The notes under the pieces: model-generated
Databases searched by the model: none
What the model was told of the DNA's origin: nothing
The model's input: the letters and a program-made list of their open reading frames with translations, nothing else
Made by a program: the position numbers and the translations under genes
In this document: positions 26,832-33,601 of the stretch, one piece after another
How positions within the stretch are numbered: position 1 is the stretch's first letter
Layout: every line of letters starts with the position of its first letter
Origin: Candidatus Babelota bacterium
GTDB lineage: Bacteria; Babelota; Babeliae; Babelales; JABDEC01
Assembly (NCBI GenBank): GCA_013286795.1
Contig: JABDFA010000001.1
Span: forward strand, 104,970 to 168,969
Reading direction: 5' to 3'
DNA length: 64,000 bases

Positions 26832-28712
26832 ATGAGATTTTTTAAATTTTTATTTATTTTATTTTTTTGCATTTTAAATGCTTCAAATAATTTATTTTCT
26901 TTGGACCCTTTTCATTTGTCTCCAGAAGATGCCAAATTTATTGATGAAATCTTAGGAACGATCCCTCCGGAAGAAAGAGATCAAATTAAAGGTCAGATTT
27001 TTGAAGAAGTTAATCGCTTTCAACAGATGACTCCACAAGATCAGGATCTTTATCTTCAAAATAAATTCAAAGAAATGGAAACCCTTACAACTAGTCCACA
27101 ATCTCCACAAGCGCCAAATCTTGGTCCAAATGAAAATGCTGAACCCATTAGTACAAAATTTCAAGAGACAGAATCAATCGCACCCGAATCTATATCTATA
27201 ACGCCTAAGATCGCAACCTCAAAAGCTGATACAAATTTATTAACTATTTTAGAATCATTATCTGATTCAATAGATTTATTGTTAATTAAGGTTAAAGCTC
27301 TGCCCAGAGTATCACAACAAAGAAAAGTTGAAAAAGAGTGGCTCAAGTTAAAAGCAGATTTACATGATCTAGAATCTTATCTTCGCATTGTTATATTTCA
27401 AAAAAAGGCATTGAAAGCTTTGTCATCAGATGAGTATAAAAATTTAAAAAATAATTTGAAAACTCTAGAAAGTAATCTTTCTGGCTTAGTTGAGAACTTG
27501 AGTATTTATTTACCAGATACAGCCGGACTAACTATTTCTTTTGGAGAAGAGGATTTTAGTGTCGAAAAAAAGAATGAAAGCAAGGCACAAAAAATATTAT
27601 CAGACATTATGTCATTACTAACAAATAACCTTGAAAGCAAAAATATTAATGAAGATCTAAAATCTTTATTAAAAAAACATGCCCCTGAAGAATTAAAAAA
27701 GAAAGAATTACCATTGGCTCCAGAACCGTATATGTCAGCTCAACGTAGTTACACCTCCCCTTCTTTTGGTGGTGGCGGTGGCTATGATTACAACCCAGGC
27801 TATTACCCTTACCGCCCTTCTTTTGGCGATGGTGCCGGTTCTACTCCATCAACACAGGGCGCTACCAAGTCAGGTTTAGAAACAAAAGATGAATCTAAAA
27901 AAGATAAAGGTGGTACTAGTGGTGGTGGTGGTGGCAAAGGCAAAGGTGCCTCAGGCGTTCCAGACAAGGATAAAGATAAGGACAAATCCAAAGACAAAAA
28001 AGAGGATAAAGACAAAGAAAAAGATAAAGACAAAAAAGAAGATAAAAAAGATAGTAAAGATAAGGTAAAAAAGAAAACAAGATCTGCTGCACAGAAAAAA
28101 AGATCTAAGTATGGCAATCCTGAAATAGAGGCATTTTTAAGAAAGCTAGAGGATTATTTAGTTGAATTTTCAAATTTAGTAGACAAAGACTCTGTAGACA
28201 TTTTACTTAAAGGTGAAGATAAAAAAATAAAAGATGATTTCAAAAAAGCAGCTGGTCTATATGATAATCATATACTAAAGTTATCAAGCCATATAGGAAA
28301 ACACTTAGGAAATCTACATAAAGACGCTAAACCTTTATTAATGAAGTCTATCAAGGAAATTTATGATGATCCTGATTACGAGCTTGAAAAGACTTACAAA
28401 AAAATTAAGACTTCTTTATTAATTCTTGAAGGTCAAGATTTAAAGGGTGACCAAAAAGAACAAAAGCGTATCTTAGAAGATCTTAATGCTAAGATGATTC
28501 GACTCAAACAGGATCTAGGTTTAGAGCCTAAGCAAAATGTTGCAACTCAACAACAATTTGGTAGTCCGGTTACAAGCAACCCTGACCTAGCTCAAGGTAA
28601 TACAGATGTTGAATATGAAGTCGAAGGTGATGGTCCAATGTTTGATAATGATGGCAACGCTTATTTCTCTAATTTGGATCAGGATAAAATATCAGATAAA
28701 CTAGGAGCGTAG
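26832..28712 (+). CDS. Large exported low-complexity protein (626 aa) with a G/Y/P-rich segment and a (K/D/E)n tract
   Basis: Signal-like MRFFKFLFILFFCILNASNN. Central FGGGGGYDYNPGYYPYRPSFGDGAGS, then GGGGGKGKGASGVPDKDKDKDKSKDKKEDKDKEKDKDKKEDKKDSKDK. No family recognised. Confidence 0.6.
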   Translation: MRFFKFLFILFFCILNASNNLFSLDPFHLSPEDAKFIDEILGTIPPEERDQIKGQIFEEVNRFQQMTPQDQDLYLQNKFKEMETLTTSPQSPQAPNLGPNENAEPISTKFQETESIAPESISITPKIATSKADTNLLTILESLSDSIDLLLIKVKALPRVSQQRKVEKEWLKLKADLHDLESYLRIVIFQKKALKALSSDEYKNLKNNLKTLESNLSGLVENLSIYLPDTAGLTISFGEEDFSVEKKNESKAQKILSDIMSLLTNNLESKNINEDLKSLLKKHAPEELKKKELPLAPEPYMSAQRSYTSPSFGGGGGYDYNPGYYPYRPSFGDGAGSTPSTQGATKSGLETKDESKKDKGGTSGGGGGKGKGASGVPDKDKDKDKSKDKKEDKDKEKDKDKKEDKKDSKDKVKKKTRSAAQKKRSKYGNPEIEAFLRKLEDYLVEFSNLVDKDSVDILLKGEDKKIKDDFKKAAGLYDNHILKLSSHIGKHLGNLHKDAKPLLMKSIKEIYDDPDYELEKTYKKIKTSLLILEGQDLKGDQKEQKRILEDLNAKMIRLKQDLGLEPKQNVATQQQFGSPVTSNPDLAQGNTDVEYEVEGDGPMFDNDGNAYFSNLDQDKISDKLGA

Positions 28713-28912
28713 GCTGCCAAAAAATTTACCCTGTAATACCTCCTTTTTAAAAATTTTTTAAAGCCGGAGCCTTGCGACGCCTATAAGAAGTTTACATGAA
28801 GCGTGCTTTAACGTTATGCGACAATCAACTCTATAAGCCCTCCCGGTTTTAGTCAAGATGCTCATTATGCGACATTAATCGCATTATTTCGAATCCTGCG
28901 GCTGACTCTTGC

Positions 28913-28941
28913 TTGACTATTTCTGCATTACATGCTATAAT
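28913..28941 (+). promoter_or_regulatory. Near-consensus sigma70 promoter for the ANK gene at 28981
   Basis: TTGACT (28913-28918), a 17-nt spacer, then TATAAT (28936-28941), 40 nt upstream of the GTG start, which is preceded by GGAGGG. Confidence 0.6.
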
Positions 28942-28980
28942 TGCTATTAGATAATTAGATCTGTAAAATATGGAGGGCTT

Positions 28981-29784
28981 GTGAAAAAATTAATTTTAAC
29001 TTTATCATTAATCGCTTTATCAACGTCGTTATTTACAATGGAGGAACAACCTGCAAAAAAACACAAGGGCTGCTTATCAAGAATTCTAAATTTTAGACAA
29101 AATCAAAGAGAACTAAAAGATATAAAAAAAGAGTTAGCTAACTTAAAATTAGCTGCAGCTAAAACAGTAGAAGAAGCTCAAGCAGCAATTAAAGAAGGAG
29201 CAGATATCAATAAAAAAGAAAATGGCCGCACTCCATTAAGTTTCGCATTAATTCGTTGCGAACCACAAGTAGCAGAATTTTTAATAAATATGGGCGCAGA
29301 TATACATAGCAAAGATGAAAATGGCAACTCATTTGTAACTAATGCATTACATGGAGAATGTTATGACGTAGCTCGTTTGCTTATTAAAAAAGGTGTTGAT
29401 GTCAAAAATGTATCAACTCTAAACACTGCAGTCAATAGCGAACAGATAGATCTAGTAAAAATGATATTAGACAAAGGAGTAAACATTAACTCACAAAATG
29501 AATATGGTATAACACCTCTTATGAATGCTATAAAACAAGGAAATTTAGAAATGGTTAAGTTTCTTGTTAATAACGGGGCTGAAATTGATATTAAAGATAA
29601 AAATGGCAAAACAGCCCTAGATTATGCAAGACAAAGCGATAATCAAGAGATTATAGAATTTTTAGATAATACATATCGACCATTTTTAACAAGCAAAATT
29701 TTAGAAGTTACAAATTTAATACCAGATGTTGCCAATATAGCTTCAGACTATTGGTCCAGCACTCCTGAAGAAATAACTATTTAG
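28981..29784 (+). CDS. Leader-bearing ankyrin-repeat protein (divergent family member 7) with C-terminal LIPDVANIASDYW motif
   Basis: GTG start after GGAGGG. Leader (M)KKLILTLSLIALSTSLFTMEEQP. ANK units (RTPLSFALIRCEPQVAEFLINMGADIHSKD, ITPLMNAIKQGNLEMVKFLVNNGAEIDIKD, KTALDYARQSDNQEIIEFL). Confidence 0.85.
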   Translation: MKKLILTLSLIALSTSLFTMEEQPAKKHKGCLSRILNFRQNQRELKDIKKELANLKLAAAKTVEEAQAAIKEGADINKKENGRTPLSFALIRCEPQVAEFLINMGADIHSKDENGNSFVTNALHGECYDVARLLIKKGVDVKNVSTLNTAVNSEQIDLVKMILDKGVNINSQNEYGITPLMNAIKQGNLEMVKFLVNNGAEIDIKDKNGKTALDYARQSDNQEIIEFLDNTYRPFLTSKILEVTNLIPDVANIASDYWSSTPEEITI

Positions 29785-29864
29785 AACAAGAATGTTGATT
29801 TTTCTATTTGTATTTGATATCATATATTATAGTAAGTATAAAATATAAAAAATATGGAGGATTT

Positions 29865-30323
29865 ATGAAAAATTTAAAGTTAACTATTTTAACAATTACT
29901 CTATTAATCTACATACCTTCAGTATTTACAATAGATATGGATGTAGATGAACAAACAGAACAGACAAAAAAAGAAATATTAAACAAATTAGAATCAGGTG
30001 GCCTGTATACCGACCTATCAAATATAATTCTAGATTATGTTGGCAGCATAGAAGACCTGATATTAAATGCCATGCTTTTAGATGCTGCAAGAAATCTTGA
30101 TACCAAGCTTATTTATAAAGCTGTTAAATTAGGCGCAGATGTTAATGCTAAAGATGCAAAAAATTATACGGCGTATGATTATATTGAGAAGGCTTATAAA
30201 AAGTTATATGGTAATGGTTCGCATATAAATCCAAATGATATAGATGCATTAACTGAATACTCTAATTTAATGCCATTTTTAAAACCCAAAAAACCCGTAG
30301 AATACGAAAGCATTTGGTATTAA
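29865..30323 (+). CDS. Small leader-bearing protein with an N-terminal LYTDLSNIILDYV motif followed by one or two ANK-like repeats (family member 8)
   Basis: ATG 29865 is preceded by GGAGG (the track start at 29808 is unsupported). Leader MKNLKLTILTITLLIYIPSVFT. LLDAARNLDTKLIYKAVKLGADVNAKD is ANK-like. Confidence 0.65.
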   Translation: MKNLKLTILTITLLIYIPSVFTIDMDVDEQTEQTKKEILNKLESGGLYTDLSNIILDYVGSIEDLILNAMLLDAARNLDTKLIYKAVKLGADVNAKDAKNYTAYDYIEKAYKKLYGNGSHINPNDIDALTEYSNLMPFLKPKKPVEYESIWY

Positions 30324-30337
30324 AATATATAAAACTG

Positions 30338-30688
30338 TCATTTTATTTTATGAGTACCAAGCTTATGTTTAGCTAGTGCGCCCATATGTTGAAATTTGCA
30401 TCCACAATCACAGACACAACTTCCTGAAACTAAGTGGTACTTTTCATGTCTTTGAACATTTGATTTTAAATTCGAAGAATATTGATACCCATTAATACAA
30501 TATCTACATTTAAATTTCTTTTCAGAAATAGCTGCTGCAGAAACTTTAGATTTAATATAGCGTTTAATAAGATCACTTTTTATTTTTTTACTCTTATCTA
30601 AAGTTTTAGCTTTAACTTGAGCAAACTCTTCCATGCCAAAAATAGTTAAGTGAAAATTTAATAACAAAAAAAACAGTTTAATTTTCAT
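30338..30688 (-). CDS. Leader-bearing protein with two C2H2-type zinc fingers
   Basis: Leader MKIKLFFLLLNFHLTIFGMEE. Finger 1 is CRYC-INGY-QYSSN-L-KSNVQR-H-EKY-H. Finger 2 is C-G-C-K-F-QHMGA-L-AK-H-KLGT-H, with the aromatic-x5-Leu-x2-His spacing of classical C2H2 fingers. Confidence 0.7.
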   Translation of the reverse strand: MKIKLFFLLLNFHLTIFGMEEFAQVKAKTLDKSKKIKSDLIKRYIKSKVSAAAISEKKFKCRYCINGYQYSSNLKSNVQRHEKYHLVSGSCVCDCGCKFQHMGALAKHKLGTHKIK

Positions 30689-31052
30689 TTTTATTAACCT
30701 CTTGTTTAATTGAATTTAATACATCAGTAAGTTCTGAATCGCTAAGCGTATACAATGGATAAATTTTATTATGTGTAACAAAATTTTGATGCTGTTCGAT
30801 AAGATTATATAATTTTTTTATTTGAATAAGCCTGTCAGGATTATGCTTAGAATGCAATTGAAGACAATATGAATAAATTTTATTAAGTTGGCCTCCAGAA
30901 TATTTTCTATCAAAGCGCTTTAAGCCAAAAAAATTATAAGCTAATTCTTTTTCAGAACCAGAGCTAAAAGATCTTAAAAATGTTCTTTGCATGCCAGTTA
31001 AGGGGATAAAAAAGTTTAAGAAAATTAAATTTAAAATGAAAATCTTTTGCAT
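30678..31052 (-). CDS. Small leader-bearing hypothetical protein with weak J-domain-like similarity
   Basis: Leader MQKIFILNLIFLNFFIPLTGMQ. AYNFFGLKRFDRKYSGGQLNKIYSYCLQLHSKHNPDR loosely follows the J-domain pattern YY..LGl......eIkkAYrkLa.kyHPDk, but with HNPD instead of HPD and extra residues. Confidence 0.5.
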   Translation of the reverse strand: MQKIFILNLIFLNFFIPLTGMQRTFLRSFSSGSEKELAYNFFGLKRFDRKYSGGQLNKIYSYCLQLHSKHNPDRLIQIKKLYNLIEQHQNFVTHNKIYPLYTLSDSELTDVLNSIKQEVNKNEN

Positions 31053-31115
31053 TTTGTCCTTAATATATAAATATAAATTTAATTTAAAGAGTAAGACATT
31101 TGTAAAAAAAGTAAA

Positions 31116-32222
31116 TTAAGAATTATTTTTAACAAAATTCAAGATTAGACCAATCATAGTCATACTGCAAATCAGAGAAGATAGGCCGTAACTAACAAAA
31201 GGTAACCCAACGCCTTTAGTAGGCAAAAGACCAGTAACAACGCAAAAATTAATTAATGCTTGTAAACTAATAAGAATTATAAAACCTAATCCTGCAAAAA
31301 GAGAAAAATTATCTTCTAACTTAAGAATAATGCGTAAACCAAAATACAAAAACAAGATAAATAATAATATTAATAGAAGAGAGCCCAGAAAGCCTGTTTC
31401 TTCAGCAATAATTGAAAAAATAAAATCTGTATGTTGCATAGGAAGATAAAAGAATTTCTGTCGAGAATTTGAAATACCTACGCCCCAAAAATTGCCAGAA
31501 CCTATAGCAATCAATGATTGAATTATTTGAAATCCGGACCCTAAAGGGTCCTTCCAGGGATCTAAAAAAGTAAGAACACGTTTAAATCTATATGGTTTAT
31601 ACAAAATTAATACAATGGATCCTAAAAATGCCATAAATACTGTTAATATCAAATATTTAATTTGATAATTCGCTATAAATAATAAAGAAAAAATTGTAAC
31701 ATAAAGAGCTGCAGTTAAACCAAAATCAGGTTGTCTTAGAAGTATTAATGCAGTGATTCCCAAAATTAATAAAAGAGGCAGAAAGTTTTTAAAGAAAGAA
31801 CCATATTTGTATAGCTTTTTATCAAGAAAATATGCCGTGTACATCATTAAACCTATTTTTATTAATTCACTAGGCTGGAAGGCAATACCTCCCAATGAAA
31901 GCCATCGATTAGAGCCATGTATCTTTAAAGAAAATTGAGGAATAAGAGTAAGGGAAGTTAAAAGTAAAGAAAATAGAAAAAAAGCAGGTGTGAATTTTTT
32001 TATGAAATTTAAAGGCAAATTAATTGTTATAAATATAGCAAATAAGCCTAATATAAATCCTAAAAATTGTTTTCTAACAAAAAAGGAAGCTTGTCCCATT
32101 TTTTCTAAAGCAAAAACAGAGCTGGATGAATATATAAAAATAAAGCCCACTAATATTAAGAGCAGTATAATTGCTAGAAAAATTTTCAAATCAAAGGCTA
32201 ATTTCTTTTTCTCCAATAACAC
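31116..32222 (-). CDS. ftsW: SEDS-family peptidoglycan polymerase FtsW/RodA (FtsW by dcw context)
   Basis: Ten-TM profile. GS.RW...G.I.FQPSE..K, LRQPDFG and the P..HTDFIFS.I.EE.G..G motif. Located directly downstream of murD. Confidence 0.88.
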   Translation of the reverse strand: MLLEKKKLAFDLKIFLAIILLLILVGFIFIYSSSSVFALEKMGQASFFVRKQFLGFILGLFAIFITINLPLNFIKKFTPAFFLFSLLLTSLTLIPQFSLKIHGSNRWLSLGGIAFQPSELIKIGLMMYTAYFLDKKLYKYGSFFKNFLPLLLILGITALILLRQPDFGLTAALYVTIFSLLFIANYQIKYLILTVFMAFLGSIVLILYKPYRFKRVLTFLDPWKDPLGSGFQIIQSLIAIGSGNFWGVGISNSRQKFFYLPMQHTDFIFSIIAEETGFLGSLLLILLFILFLYFGLRIILKLEDNFSLFAGLGFIILISLQALINFCVVTGLLPTKGVGLPFVSYGLSSLICSMTMIGLILNFVKNNS

Positions 32223-33591
32223 TACTTTTTTCCTTTTTTATTTTTTCTACAACTAATCTTTTGAAACTTGAACCTCTCTGATCATAATTGGCAAACAAAT
32301 CAAAGCTAGAACCTGCCGGTGAAAATAAAACTTGATCACCTGATTTAATTAATCCAAAACAAATGTCTATTGCATTTTGCAAATTACCACTACTATATGA
32401 TTCAATATTATTCTTTTCACACCAAAATTTTAATTTTTCAGCCTCGGCTCCAAAGCATATTATTTTTGTTACTTTATTTTTTAAACTACCTATAAAATTA
32501 GATCTATCTACCCCTTTAGATAGGCCACCTAGAAATAAAATTGTAGGTTTAGAACAAAGTTTGTTAACAGCTGCCATTGTAGAATTGGCAAGTGTTGATT
32601 TTGAGTCATTATAGAAATCAACATTAGAATATGTAATAAATTTTTCTAATCTATGTTCAGGCAATATCAAATTTGTAAAATCTATATTACTTAAATCAAT
32701 TTTATATAAATACAAAGTTGAAGCTATAGCTAACCAATTTTCATCAAATGTTATTTTAGGAAATTCAAAAGAAGATACGAATGTAATCTCATCTCCTTTC
32801 AGTTTAAGCAAATATCCATCTTCTACAAAGAAAAGTTTATCTTCGGGCCCCATTAATTTTAATTTATCATCTTCAGGCTTATTTAGAGAAAGAAAATTTA
32901 AACTACTTTTTACATTTCTTTGTGATATATTTCCAATTATTTCAAAAGGTAATAATGACAATTGTGCTTGAGATTGATTTTTTAAAATTTTAAACTTAGC
33001 ATCAAAATATGACTCTCTATCACCATGCCTATCCAAATGATTATCATGAAAATTGGTCCAGACAGAAATTTCAGGAGCAAATCTTTTACAATACTCAAGT
33101 TGAAAACTTGAAACTTCAATTAAAGCAACATCTATTTCATCCTGCTTTAAAATTAAATCACACATGCCAATACCAATATTACCTGCGGCAACAGCACGTA
33201 TATTTTTTAATTTTAAAATCTCACAAATCAAATGGGTTATTGTTGTTTTTCCAAGCGAGCCGGTTACAGCAATTATTGGTTTTTTAAAGTTATCAAAAAA
33301 CAGATCCAATTCAGATAAAAATTTATCACTAAAATTAGGGGCCAATTTTAAATCCACCCCGGGACTAGGCACTATTAAATCATTTTTTGCAAGAAATTTT
33401 TCTAAATCTTTGTCTTGGTGCAAAAAATTTATCTTGCTAGAAAAGTTTAAAGATTCAACTTTGGAAATAACTTTGCTGTCTAAAATCTCAAAATCTATTT
33501 TATTTGCTGCAAAGTAATTTGCGATCGATTTGCCAACTACGCCAAATCCCCATATTCCTATTTTTTTATTAAATAAATCTGCTAGATTCAT
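32191..33591 (-). CDS. murD: UDP-N-acetylmuramoyl-L-alanine--D-glutamate ligase
   Basis: N-terminal Rossmann IGIWGFGVVGKSIA. Mur ligase P-loop IIAVTGSLGKTT. EVSSFQLE. C-terminal domain with LFSPAGSSFD.F.NY..RG..F. Confidence 0.92.
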   Translation of the reverse strand: MNLADLFNKKIGIWGFGVVGKSIANYFAANKIDFEILDSKVISKVESLNFSSKINFLHQDKDLEKFLAKNDLIVPSPGVDLKLAPNFSDKFLSELDLFFDNFKKPIIAVTGSLGKTTITHLICEILKLKNIRAVAAGNIGIGMCDLILKQDEIDVALIEVSSFQLEYCKRFAPEISVWTNFHDNHLDRHGDRESYFDAKFKILKNQSQAQLSLLPFEIIGNISQRNVKSSLNFLSLNKPEDDKLKLMGPEDKLFFVEDGYLLKLKGDEITFVSSFEFPKITFDENWLAIASTLYLYKIDLSNIDFTNLILPEHRLEKFITYSNVDFYNDSKSTLANSTMAAVNKLCSKPTILFLGGLSKGVDRSNFIGSLKNKVTKIICFGAEAEKLKFWCEKNNIESYSSGNLQNAIDICFGLIKSGDQVLFSPAGSSFDLFANYDQRGSSFKRLVVEKIKKEKSSVIGEKEISL

Positions 33592-33601
33592 TTTTTTAAC
33601 T

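Noticed and set aside
27809-28117. Antisense ORF encoding SLSLSLS/PPPPP low-complexity protein
   Set aside because: It is the reverse-complement shadow of the (KD)n/Gly-rich tract of the well-supported plus-strand gene 26832-28712. It has no RBS and no independent support.
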